Positions 23,715 to 32,800 of a DNA stretch of 64,000 nucleotides are shown here, in pieces. Source of the stretch: Eledone cirrhosa (Eukaryota); the NCBI GenBank assembly GCA_964016885.1, contig OZ024760.1, forward strand, positions 33,542,001 to 33,606,000. The letters run 5' to 3'. Each line of letters begins with the position of its first letter. Position 1 is the first letter of the stretch. The notes beneath the pieces were generated by a model. That model was not told the origin of the DNA. It ran no database searches and was given only the letters and a program-made list of their open reading frames with translations. Both the position numbers and the translations under genes were made by a program.

Positions 23715-25947
23715 TATATATATATAATTGAATATATATACATATATGCTAATGCCCCCACGCCACCCTTTCATTCAACATATAGATCCACCCTCAAAGA
23801 TACAGATTAAATGAAATTAAATCAAATGAAATGGTATAAGCTTAGTCATCCAGCAAAGAATATATATATATATATATGAGAGTCAGTTGAAAAGTTAACA
23901 GGCTGACTATGAAAGTGTCATGTTCCATGTCATTAATTTCAACTCTTCTTATTAATAACTGCATTGTGTCTTTCCAACGACTATGTTGAAAAATAAACCT
24001 CATTTGGTCATTCCATGAGAGTATCTTGGTCAGTCTATGAACATTTCAGCTGACCCTCATATCACAATAATTTCTAATTTAGGCACAAGGCCAGCAATTT
24101 GCTGAGCTCTTGATTACAGGGCCTATGAAAGGGGGGTCTTGTCGGTACTTTGTTTCGGGGTCTAAGAGCTATGAAGGCTCCACAGCAACCATGTAGCATC
24201 GATTTTGAGAAAGTTCTTTGCCTGCCTCTGGCCGCAAAGGGGTCTTGTACTGCCTTTCAAAATTTCTCTTGCACAATTACATCAAAATTAGAAATCACTT
24301 TCCAGACAAAACAGTTCCCAAACCCCCAATATTCCATGTTTCACTTACCTTGAGGGCAAATACAGCTGGCCTGACCATTCTGTTCAGTACAGGTACCGTT
24401 ATTGAGGCAGTAGTTTGAAGTAGCTTCACAAGGAGAAGGTATTATATCACAACTCCCTCCTGTTGTGTTATGTTCACATCTGAAATTAGAGGGACACACA
24501 TATCATCATCATCATCATCATTTTATGTCTGCTTTTCGCTGCTTGCAAGGGTGGGACGGGAAGTGATTCTGGCTTAATTTCTACAGCTGGATGCCCTTCC
24601 TAACACCAACCTCATTTACAGTGAGTGCTGGGTGCTTTTTTGCTGTGGCACCTCCATGACCACTTTACAGTGGAATGATAGGGACCCCAATCCCTATCAT
24701 CTCATTTCTACAGCTGAGTAAACTGGAGCAATGTGAAATAAAGTGCCTTGCTCAAGGAAACAACACATCACCCGGTCTGAGAATTGAACTCACAACCTTT
24801 CGATTGCAAGGCCAATGCTCTAACCACTAAGCCAGAAAGAAAACTCAATAAATACAATATAAAATCAGGTAAATTTCTATCTATTTGCTCTTCACACTTC
24901 TAACTTTATAATATATATATATCTCGATTCATCGGATGAAAACATGTAAAGTGGTTATTATACAGGGTGTCTATAAAGTCTTTGTACAATTTAAAAAATA
25001 TATTACAAAAGGCAATTGATAAGATATCTTAATCAGCTTTGTTCTATGTTCTCAGTAGTTATCAAAGTTTTTAATCAAACTGCATTTGTGTATTTTTAGT
25101 ATCCTGTTGATGAAAGAGGTACTGTTAAATGAACCCCTAAAGATGGCTACTCCTCCAGAAAAGGCACAATGTGTTGGTTTATTGAAACAAAATCGGATAC
25201 TCAGTGAAACTACAGAACTATGCATGGAAGAGATCCACCTTTGCATCTTTGAATTAGATAATAAAGTGAAGATGTATGCATAAAACTTTCTCTCTAGTGT
25301 TGGCCAACTTTCGTCAGTTCTGTATCAAATTTTGGTTGAAGGATCCATGGAGATAAAGTTGTTAACCTCACACTCCACCCCTCCTCCCTGGTCAACACAG
25401 GTTGAAAACCAACTTGGAGTCACTCCGTCGGTTACGACGACAAATGTTCCAGTTGATCCGATCAATGCAACAGCCTGCTCATGAAATTAACGTGCATGTG
25501 ACTGAGCATTCCACAAATACACATACACTTAATAGCCATTCGAACTACAGGTGCAACTCATTTTTGCCAGCTGAGTGGTGACACTGGAGCAACGTGAAAT
25601 AAAGTGTCTTGATCAAGGACACAACGCGCTGCCAGGAATTGAACTCACAACCTTACAATTGTGAGCTGAATACCTTAACCACAAAGCCATGCGCCTTCAC
25701 TGAAAATCAATTTAGCAAGAAGAGAAAACAAAACACAGTGGACTTACTTGCAAATATAATGATCTTGAAGATCAATGCAGTCTGTATTGTTAGTGTTGTT
25801 ACAAGGGCCTGATACACACTGATTGACAGGGTCACTGCAGGTTTTGCCTGTCCAGCCTACAGGACACGTACATTTGAAGTCGCTGTCCTTGTTGGTACAT
25901 TTGCCAGAATTTTTACATGGGTGGCTGCTACAGGAAGTTCGCTTCAG
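1727..25947 (-). CDS. Partial multi-exon gene (14 exons in window) for a large EGF/pentraxin(LamG)/HYR/sushi/GCC2-GCC3 extracellular protein, Uninflatable-like (SVEP1/fibropellin-related domain set)
   Basis: Manually spliced join, minus strand: 25947-25748, 24479-24349, 23634-23518, 20545-20396, 19632-19473, 18548-18327, 18039-17795, 10308-10177, 9785-9690, 8867-8697, 8382-8145, 7416-7326, 5481-5406, 1888-1727. All have AG/GT boundaries, all 13 junctions are phase-matched and the 2191-nt join has no stop. No start codon, signal peptide or stop in the window. Confidence 0.9.
2040..2387 (-). mobile_element. tRNA-derived SINE family B (CORE-like body, RTE-type 3' tail)
   Basis: Minus strand A box tggcttagtgg, B box gagttcaattc, ccttgagcaagacacttt body; tail matches the 3' end of the RTE LINE at ~17690-17749; near-identical copy at 24502-24833. 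Confidence 0.85.
2495..2775 (-). mobile_element. RLE-type non-LTR retrotransposon (R4/Dong-like) 3' fragment
   Basis: [15 protein letters not shown]...[17 protein letters not shown] resembles the C-terminus of restriction-like-endonuclease ORFs; flanked on both sides by (TATG)n. Confidence 0.6.
2905..3077. repeat. Inverted repeat, ~80-bp near-perfect arms with ~13-nt loop
   Basis: tttgactaaaggaattttagcttgataacg...tgacgtacatg / catgtacgtca...cgttatcaagctaaaattcctttagtcaaa. Confidence 0.9.
3093..3287. repeat. Hairpin-containing interspersed repeat (probable Penelope-like pLTR remnant); paralog at 5555-5740
   Basis: ~55-bp imperfect arms (ggaccccgac.../...gtcggggtcc) followed by shared tail cctattacccactcta...gagtact.tggtg.gttatggtc; between TA tracts. 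Confidence 0.6.
3310..4414 (+). mobile_element. RTE-clade LINE remnant, degenerate reverse transcriptase
   Basis: [38 protein letters not shown]...GRPRLTY motifs across frameshifted ORFs with stops. Confidence 0.88.
4570..5383 (+). mobile_element. Tc1/mariner (maT, DD37D) internally deleted copy
   Basis: TA|cagggtgtggacgatatttgttcgcaa left TIR, truncated right TIR ttgcgaacaaatatcg; colinear with 22022-23324 but lacks most of the catalytic domain. Confidence 0.88.
5406..5481 (-). CDS. Exon: lead-in to GCC2/GCC3 repeat
   Basis: ccatcag|[25 protein letters not shown]|gtaagt; phase 0 to 1. Confidence 0.85.
5555..5740. repeat. Second copy of hairpin-containing interspersed repeat
   Basis: ggaccccaacagctgagct...agctcagctgttggggtcc hairpin plus same tail as 3093-3287. 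Confidence 0.6.
6072..6126 (-). ncRNA. Minimal type I hammerhead ribozyme motif (Penelope-like/retrozyme type)
   Basis: Minus strand ACUGC-CUGAAGA-GGUCACAGC gaaugaug GCUGUCACC-GAAA-U AUAU A-UA-GCAGU: 5-bp stem I, intact core, paired stem II, short stem III with palindromic loop. Confidence 0.75.
6486..6530 (-). ncRNA. Hammerhead-like motif, copy 1 in fold-back
   Basis: AGUCA-CUGAAGA-G-GUCACA gagug UGUGAC-GAAA-GAAC-UA-UGACU; stem III unusually short. Confidence 0.55.
6633..6677 (+). ncRNA. Hammerhead-like motif, copy 2
   Basis: agtca ctgaaga g gtcaca gagta tgtgac gaaa gaac ta tgact. Confidence 0.55.
6758..6802 (+). ncRNA. Hammerhead-like motif, copy 3 (125 nt downstream of copy 2)
   Basis: agtca ctgaaga g gtcaca gagtg tgtgac gaaa gaac ta tgact. 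Confidence 0.55.
7063..7162. mobile_element. ~100-bp Tc1/mariner-type MITE
   Basis: TA|caaagtgtcccaaaaattgtatacac ... gtgtatacgttttttgggacaccct|ATA imperfect TIRs in a TA tract. Confidence 0.65.
7326..7416 (-). CDS. Exon: spacer domain
   Basis: ctccag|[30 protein letters not shown]|gtaaga; phase 2 to 0. Confidence 0.82.
7920..8113 (-). mobile_element. tRNA-derived SINE family A
   Basis: B box gagttcaaatcc on minus strand, family core and agaaacaattatt tail. Confidence 0.85.
8145..8382 (-). CDS. Exon: spacer domain (unassigned, 4 Cys)
   Basis: ttccag|[25 protein letters not shown]...[37 protein letters not shown]|gtgagt; phase 1 to 2. Confidence 0.87.
8460..8624. repeat. (AG)n/(AGAT)n microsatellite
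   Basis: Direct inspection. Confidence 0.9.
8697..8867 (-). CDS. Exon: degenerate sushi/CCP-like Cys module
   Basis: cttcag|[57 protein letters not shown]|gtaaga; phase 1 to 1. Confidence 0.87.
8904..9133 (-). mobile_element. tRNA-derived SINE family A, diverged
   Basis: Alignable to 7920-8113. Confidence 0.75.
9430..9625 (-). mobile_element. tRNA-derived SINE related to family B, diverged
   Basis: Minus strand ggaggtacatggctcaatggttagggtg head; gttgctcc...actcagctg body. Confidence 0.65.
9690..9785 (-). CDS. Exon: HYR-like domain, C-terminal half
   Basis: ttctag|[32 protein letters not shown]|gtgagt; Y-x-x-x-D-x-x-GN-x-x-x-C HYR motif; phase 1 to 1. Confidence 0.9.
9806..9958. repeat. 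Short tandem repeat, ~61-bp unit x ~2.5
   Basis: tagttgagccaaggtcaacaaa...tcttatttataacagctcaagtc repeated. Confidence 0.8.
10177..10308 (-). CDS. Exon: HYR-like domain, N-terminal half
   Basis: ccgcag|[44 protein letters not shown]|gtaaga; phase 1 to 1. Confidence 0.88.
10331..10520 (-). mobile_element. tRNA-derived SINE family A
   Basis: Near-identical to 7920-8113. Confidence 0.85.
10567..16585. repeat. 28-bp minisatellite, roughly 205-210 copies, consensus TATCYCTACCTGGTATTAYAATATATTA; two more units at ~17757-17805 overlap the exon end
   Basis: Period 28 measured between ctacctgg motifs (e.g. 11221, 11249); local 308-bp (11-unit) duplication marked by the cactacctag variant at 11191/11499. 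Confidence 0.97.
10792..10980 (+). mobile_element. tRNA-derived SINE family A inserted in the 28-bp array
   Basis: Full head (B box gagttcaaatcc) to agaaacaatt tail; flanking direct repeat attataatatattata. Confidence 0.9.
16600..17749 (+). mobile_element. RTE-clade LINE, 5'-truncated, with PHD-like zinc finger after the RT domain and (GAT)n tail
   Basis: [28 protein letters not shown]...[12 protein letters not shown]...CSRC, GRPRKTW; frameshifted; 7-bp direct repeat AAATACA at 16593-16599 and 17750-17756. Confidence 0.92.
17795..18039 (-). CDS. Exon: end of pentraxin/LamG-like domain plus partial EGF-like segment
   Basis: ttacag|[24 protein letters not shown]...[14 protein letters not shown]|gtaggg; F-x-G-x-I-x-x-x-x-I-W pentraxin motif; phase 2 to 1. 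Confidence 0.9.
18327..18548 (-). CDS. Exon: pentraxin/LamG-like domain core
   Basis: poly-T tract + tag|[15 protein letters not shown]...[26 protein letters not shown]...KDI|gtaatc; WH-x-V-x-x-x-W motif of the LamG/pentraxin fold; phase 2 to 2. Confidence 0.9.
18925..19430. repeat. 72-bp minisatellite, ~7 copies
   Basis: taaagcc recurs at 19021, 19093, 19165; internal hairpin ggtaaagcctttacc. Confidence 0.92.
19473..19632 (-). CDS. Exon: start of pentraxin/LamG-like domain
   Basis: cttccag|[15 protein letters not shown]...[27 protein letters not shown]|gtaagt; phase 1 to 2. Confidence 0.88.
20396..20545 (-). CDS. Exon: EGF-like repeat
   Basis: gcatag|[50 protein letters not shown]|gttagt; phase 1 to 1. 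Confidence 0.92.
20626..21870 (+). mobile_element. L1/Tx1-clade LINE, 5'-truncated, uninterrupted ORF2 C-terminus plus 3' UTR
   Basis: 326-aa open frame with FLW...P-x-x-GGLG and zf-RVT CPRC...[10 protein letters not shown]; GC-rich versus flanks; AATAAA near 21857; embedded in (TA)/(TATC)n. Confidence 0.9.
22022..23324 (+). mobile_element. Full-length but inactive maT (DD37D) Tc1/mariner transposon
   Basis: TA TSDs, TIRs caggatgtggacgatatttgttc / gaacaaatatcgtccgcaccctg, 1303 bp; [11 protein letters not shown](N)SASCH, SPDCNPL(N)F with 37-residue spacing; stops and frameshifts. Confidence 0.93.
23518..23634 (-). CDS. Exon: EGF-like repeat
   Basis: ttccag|[39 protein letters not shown]|gtaaac; phase 1 to 1. 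Confidence 0.93.
23877..24059. mobile_element. mariner-type MITE
   Basis: TA|tgagagtcagttgaaaagttaacaggctgac ... gtcagtctatgaacatttcagctgaccctca|TA. Confidence 0.7.
24349..24479 (-). CDS. Exon: EGF-like repeat
   Basis: tttcag|[43 protein letters not shown]|gtaagt; phase 2 to 1. Confidence 0.93.
24502..24833 (-). mobile_element. tRNA-derived SINE family B (RTE-type tail)
   Basis: Near-identical to 2040-2387; (CAT)n tail ends ~20 bp from the acceptor at 24480. Confidence 0.87.
24963..25245 (+). mobile_element. Tc1/mariner 5' fragment
   Basis: TA|cagggtgtc TIR start; degenerate transposase N-terminus [20 protein letters not shown]. Confidence 0.65.
25385..25700 (-). mobile_element. tRNA-derived SINE with family-B head/body and a different tail
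   Basis: gaaggcgcatggctttgtggtta A box, gagttcaattcc B box, ccttgatcaagacactttatttcac body. Confidence 0.75.
25748..25947 (-). CDS. Exon: EGF-like repeats
   Basis: ctctcag|[66 protein letters not shown]|gtaagt; phase 0 to 2. Confidence 0.93.
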
Positions 25948-26059
25948 CTGAGAGGAATTATAAATTGCTTGATAAAATATGTCTTTTTCTTTCAGTTTAG
26001 AGTGATGTCAGTGTAAATGGTGAGGGTGAGGGTGTTGTGCTGTTGGTAATAGTAAACAT

Positions 26060-26118
<59 letters not shown>

Positions 26119-26124
<6 letters not shown>

Positions 26125-26326
26125 ATTAAATAAATGGAAAACTATATTTATAAAACCATATTTATTTCATTATATATATTTCGGGGATATCATATTAACA
26201 ATATGCTATGCCTTCATCAGACAAAATCAGAAGGCATAGCATATTGTTAATATGATATCCCCGAAATATATATAATGAAATAAATATGGTTTTATAAATA
26301 TAGTTTTCCATTTATTTAATATTGTA
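26119..26326. repeat. Perfect inverted repeat, 97-bp arms, 14-nt loop
   Basis: 26119-26215 is the reverse complement of 26230-26326. Confidence 0.92.
26164..26227 (-). ncRNA. Minimal type I hammerhead ribozyme motif
   Basis: AUUUUGU-CUGAUGA-A-GG..CAUAUU guu AAUAUG..CC-GAAA-U AUAU A-UA-AUGAAAU; 7-bp stem I with two G-U pairs. Confidence 0.6.
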
Positions 26327-26414
26327 AATATACTCCAAATATTTGTCGAGTGCTTTTATATCAGTTATAAATATTTACTAGTTGTAACCCAACAATTTTA
26401 AATATAACTTTACA

Positions 26415-26529
<115 letters not shown>

Positions 26530-26825
26530 TTATATATATATATATACATATATATAATATATATATATATATATACATATATATAATATATATATATATA
26601 TATGTATGTATGTATATATATATATATGTATGTATATATATATGTATATATATATGTATTCATTGTGTGTATACATATATATATATATATATAAATACAC
26701 ACACAGATATATATATATATATAAGGGTATAATTTTGAAGCTCAGTGTGGTGTTACAATGAGCAAAGTGAATGAATCATTCATCAGAGATATGAACCATA
26801 TGACATAAGGAAGATATAAACACCC

Positions 26826-29800
26826 AAATACATCTGGTGTCTTGTATGGGTGTAGATGTTGGCAATAAATAGATCTGGTGTGTCGTAGGGGTGTAGATGT
26901 TGGCAATAAATAGATCTGGTGTGTTGTATGGGTGTAGATGTTGGCAATAAATACATCTGCTGTGTCGTATGGGTGTATATGTTGGCAATAAATACATCTG
27001 GTGTGTCGTATGGGTGTAGATGTTGGCAATAAATACATCTGGTGTGTCGTATGGGTGTAGATGTTGGCAATGAATAGATCTGGTGTGTTGTAGGGGTGTA
27101 GATGTTGGCAATAAATACATCTGGTGTGTCGTATGGGTGTAGATGTTGGCAATAAATACATCTGGTGTGTCGTATGGGTGTAGATGTTGGCAATAAATAG
27201 ATCTGGTGTGTTGTATGGGTGTAAATGTTGGCAATAAATAGATCTGGTGTGTTGTATGGGTGTAGATGTTGGCAATAAATACATCTGGTGTGTCGTATGG
27301 GTGTAGATGTTGGCAATAAATACATCTGGTGTGTTGTATGGGTGTAAATGTTGGCAATAAATAGATCTGGTGTGTTGTATGGGTGTAGATGTTGGCAATA
27401 AATAGATCTGGTGTGCCGTATGGGTGTAGATATTGGCAATAAATACATCTGGTGTGTCGTATGGGTGTAGATGTTGGCAATAAATAGATCTAGTGTGTTG
27501 TAGGGGTGTAGATGTTGGCAATAAATAGATCTGGTGTATCGTATGGGTGTAGATGTTGGCAATAAATACATCTGGTGTGTTGTATGGGTGTAGATGTTGG
27601 CAATAAATAGATCTGGTTTGTTGTATGGGTGTAAATGTTGGCAATAAATAGATCTGGTGTGTTGTATGGGTGTAGATGTTGGCAATAAATACATCTGGTG
27701 TGTTGTATGGGTGTAAATGTCGGCAATAAATAGATCTGGTGTGTTGTAGGGTGTAGATGTTGGCAATAAATACATCTGGTGTGTCGTATGGGTGTAGATG
27801 TTGGCAATAAATACATCTGGTGTGTCGTATGGGTGTAGATGTTGGCAATAAATAGATCTGGTGTGTTGTATGGGTGTAAATGTTGGCAATAAATAGATCT
27901 GGTGTGTTGTATGGGTGTAGATGTTGGCAATAAATACATCTGGTGTGTCGTATGGGTGTAGATGTTGGCAATAAATACATCTGGTGTGTCGTATGGGTGT
28001 AGATGTTGGCAATAAATAGATCTGGTGTGTTGTATGGGTGTAAATGTTGGCAATAAATAGATCTGGTGTGTTGTATGGGTGTAGATGTTGGCAATAAATA
28101 CATCTGGTGTGTCGTATGGGTGTAGATGTTGGCAATAAATAGATCTGGTGTGTTGTATGGGTGTAGATGTTGGCAATAAATACATCTGGTGTGTCGTATG
28201 GGTGTAGATGTTGGCAATAAATAGATCTGGTGTGTTGTATGGGTGTAGATGTTGGCAATAAATACATCTGGTGTGTCGTATGGGTGTAGATGTTGGCAAT
28301 AAATAGATCTAGTGTGTTGTAGGGGTGTAGATGTTGGCAATAAATACATCTGGTGTGTCGTATGAGTGTAAATGTTGGCAATCAATAGATCTGGTGTGTT
28401 GTAGGGTGTAGATGTTGGCAATAAATAGATCTGATGTATCGTATGGGTGTAGATGTTGGCAATAAATACATCTGATGTGTTGTATGGGGTAGATGTTGGC
28501 AATAAATACATCTGATGTGTCGTGTGCGTGTAGATGTTGGCAATAAATAGATCTGGTGTGTTGTATGGGTGTAGATGTTGGCAATAAATAGATCTGGTGT
28601 GTTGTAGGGGTGTAGATGTTGGCAATAAATATGTCTGGTGTCATATGGGTGTAGATGTTGGCAATAAATACATCTGGTGTGTCGTATGGGTGTAGATGTT
28701 GGCAATAAATAGATCTGTTTGTTGTATGGGTGTAAATGTTGGCAATAAATAGATCTGGTGTGTTGTAGGGTGTAGATGTTGGCAATAAATACATCTGGTG
28801 TGTCGTATGGGTGTAGATGTTGACAATAAATACATCTGGTGTGTCGTATGGGTGTAGATGTTGGCAATAAATAGATCTGGTTTGTTGTATGGGTGTAAAT
28901 GTTGGCAATAAATAGATCTGGTGTGTTGTATGGGTGTAGATGTTGGCAATAAATAGATCTGGTATGTTGTATGGGTGTAGATGTTGGCAATAAATACATC
29001 TGGTGTGTCGTATGGGTGTAGATGTTGGCAATAAATACATCTGGTGTGTCGTATGGGTGTAGATGTTGGCAATAAATAGATCTGGTATGTTGTATGGGTG
29101 TAAATGTTGGCAATAAATAGATCTGGTGTGTTGTAGGGTGTAGATGTTGGCAATAAATAGATCTGGTGTGTTGTATGGGTGTAGATGTTGGCAATAAATA
29201 GATCTGGTGTGTTGTATGGGTGTAGATGTTGGCAATAAATAGATCTGGTGTGTTGTAGGGTGTAGATGTTGGCAATAAATAGATCTGGTGTGTTGTATGG
29301 GTGTAAATGTTGGCAATAAATAGATCTGGTGTGTTGTAGGGTGTAGATGTTGGCAATAAATAGATCTGGTGTGTTGTATGGGTGTAAATGTTGGCAATAA
29401 ATAGATCTGGTGTGTTGTATGGGTGTAGATGTTGGCAATAAATACATCTGGTGTGTCGTATGGGTGTAGATGTTGGCAATAAATAGATCTAGTATGTTGT
29501 ATGGGTGTAAATGTTGGCAATAAATAGATCTGGTGTGTTGTAGGGTGTAGATGTTGGCAATAAATAGATCTGGTGTGTTGTATGGGTGTAGATGTTGGCA
29601 ATAAATAGATCTGGTGTGTTGTATGGGTGTAGATGTTGGCAATAAATAGATCTGGTGTGTTGTAGGGTGTAGATGTTGGCAATAAATAGATCTGGTGTGT
29701 TGTATGGGTGTAAATGTTGGCAATAAATAGATCTGGTGTGTTGTAGGGTGTAGATGTTGGCAATAAATAGATCTGGTGTGCTGTATGGGTGTAAATGTTG

Positions 29801-32800
29801 GCAATAAATAGATCTGGTGTGTTGTAGGGTGTAGATGTTGGCAATAAATAGATCTGGTGTGTTGTATGGGTGTAAATGTTGGCAATAAATAGATCTGGTG
29901 TGTTGTAGGGTGTAGATGTTGGCTATAAATAGATCTGGTGTGTTGTAGGGGTGTAGATGTTGGCAATAAATAGATCTGGTGTGTTGTAGGGTGTAGATGT
30001 TGGCAATAAATACGTCTGGTGTCATATGGGTGTAGATGTTGGCAATAAATACATCTGGTGTGTCGTATGGGTGTAGATGTTGGCAATAAATAGATCTGGT
30101 TTGTTGTATGGGTGTAAATGTTGGCAATAAATAGATCTGGTGTGTTGTAGGGTGTAGATGTTGGCAATAAATACATCTGGTGTGTCGTATGGGTGTAGAT
30201 GTTGACAATAAATACATCTGGTGTGTCGTATGGGTGTAGATGTTGGCAATAAATAGATCTGGTTTGTTGTATGGGTGTAAATGTTGGCAATAAATAGATC
30301 TGGTGTGTTGTATGGGTGTAGATGTTGGCAATAAATAGATCTGGTATGTTGTATGGGTGTAGATGTTGGCAATAAATACATCTGGTGTGTCGTATGGGTG
30401 TAGATGTTGGCAATAAATACATCTGGTGTGTCGTATGGGTGTAGATGTTGGCAATAAATAGATCTGGTATGTTGTATGGGTGTAAATGTTGGCAATAAAT
30501 AGATCTGGTGTGTTGTAGGGTGTAGATGTTGGCAATAAATAGATCTGGTGTGTTGTATGGGTGTAAATGTTGGCAATAAATAGATCTGGTGTGTTGTAGG
30601 GTGTAGATGTTGGCAATAAATAGATCTGGTGTGTTGTATGGGTGTAAATGTTGGCAATAAATAGATCTTGTGTGTTGTAGGGTGTAGATGTTGGCAATAA
30701 ATAGATCTGGTGTGTTGTATGGGTGTAGATGTTGGCAATAAATACATCTGGTGTGTCGTATGGGTGTAGATGTTGGCAATAAATAGATCTAGTATGTTGT
30801 ATGGGTGTAAATGTTGGCAATAAATAGATCTGGTGTGTTGTAGGGTGTAGATGTTGGCAATAAATAGATCTGGTGTGTTGTATGGGTGTAGATGTTGGCA
30901 ATAAATAGATCTGGTGTGTTGTATGGGTGTAGATGTTGGCAATAAATAGATCTGGTGTGTTGTAGGGTGTAGATGTTGGCAATAAATAGATCTGGTGTGT
31001 TGTATGGGTGTAAATGTTGGCAATAAATAGATCTGGTGTGTTGTAGGGTGTAGATGTTGGCAATAAATAGATCTGGTGTGTTGTATGGGTGTAAATGTTG
31101 GCAATAAATAGATCTGGTGTGTTGTAGGGTGTAGATGTTGGCTATAAATAGATCTGGTGTGTTGTAGGGGTGTAGATGTTGGCAATAAATAGATCTGGTG
31201 TGTTGTATGGGTGTAGATATTGGCAATAAATAGATCTGGTGTGTTGTAGGGGCGTAGATCTTGGCAATAAATAGATCTGGTGTGTTGTATGGGTGTAGAT
31301 GTTGGCAATAAATAGATCTGGTGTGTTGTAGGGGTGTAGATGTTGGCAATAAATAGATCTGGTGTGTCGTAGGGGTGTAGATGTTGGCAATAAATACATC
31401 TGGTGTGTTGTAGGGTGTAGATGTTGGCAATAAATAGATCTGGTGTGTTGTATGGGTGTAGATGTTGGCAATAAATAGATCTGGTGTGTTGTATGGGTGT
31501 AGATGTTGGCAATAAATAGATCTGGTGTGTTGTATGGGTGTAGATATTGGCAATAAATAGATCTGGTGTGTTGTATGGGTGTAGATGTTGGCAATAAATA
31601 GATCTGGTGTGTTGTAGGGGTGTAGATGTTGGCAATAAATAGATCTGGTGTGTTGTAGGGGTGTAGATGTTGGCAATAAATACATCTGGTGTGTCGTATG
31701 GGTGTAGATGTTGGCAATAAATACATCTGGTGTGTCGTATGGGTGTAGATGTTGGCAATAAATAGATCTGGTGTGTTGTAGGGGTGTAGATGTTGGCAAT
31801 AAATAGATCTGGTGTGTTGTATGGGTGTAGATGTTGGCAATAAATACATCTGGTGTGTCGTATGGGTGTAGATGTTGGCAATAAATAGATCTGGTGTGTT
31901 GTATGGGTGTAGATGTTGGCAATAAATAGATCTGGTTTGTTGTATGGGTGTAAATGTTGGCAATAAATAGATCTGGTGTGTTGTATGGGTGTAGATGTTG
32001 GCAATAAATACATCTGGTGTGTTGTATGGGTGTAAATGTCGGCAATAAATAGATCTGGTGTGTTGTAGGGTGTAGATGTTGGCAATAAATAGATCTGGTG
32101 TGTTGTATGGGTGTAAATGTTGGCAATAAATAGATCTGGTGTGTTGTATGGGTGTAGATGTTGGCAATAAATACATCTGGTTTGTTGTATGGGTGTAGAT
32201 GTTGGCAATAAATAGATCTGGTGTGTTGTATGGGTGTAGATGTTGGCAATAAATACATCTGGTGTGTCGTATGGGTGTAGATGTTGGCAATAAATAGATC
32301 TAGTGTGTTGTAGGGGTGTAGATGTTGGCAATAAATACATCTGGTGTGTCGTATGAGTGTAAATGTTGGCAATCAATAGATCTGGTGTGTTGTAGGGTGT
32401 AGATGTTGGCAATAAATAGATCTGATGTATCGTATGGGTGTAGATGTTGGCAATAAATACATCTGATGTGTTGTATGGGGTAGATGTTGGCAATAAATAC
32501 ATCTGATGTGTCGTGTGGGTGTAGATGTTGGCAATAAATAGATCTGATGTGTTGTAGGGGTGTAGATGTTGGCAATAAATACGTCTGGTGTCATATGGGT
32601 GTAGATGTTGGCAATAAATACATCTAGTGTGTCGTATGGGTGTAGATGTTGGCAATAAATAGATCTGGTTTGTTGTATGGGTGTAAATGTTGGCAATAAA
32701 TAGATCTGGTGTGTTGTAGGGTGTAGATGTTGGCTATAAATAGATCTGGTGTGTTGTAGGGGTGTAGATGTTGGCAATAAATAGATCTGGTGTGTTGTAT

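Noticed and set aside
1727-25947. Assigning symbol SVEP1 or Notch
   Set aside because: Domain order differs from SVEP1; no LNR/ankyrin or vWA region is visible; orthology is untestable without a search.
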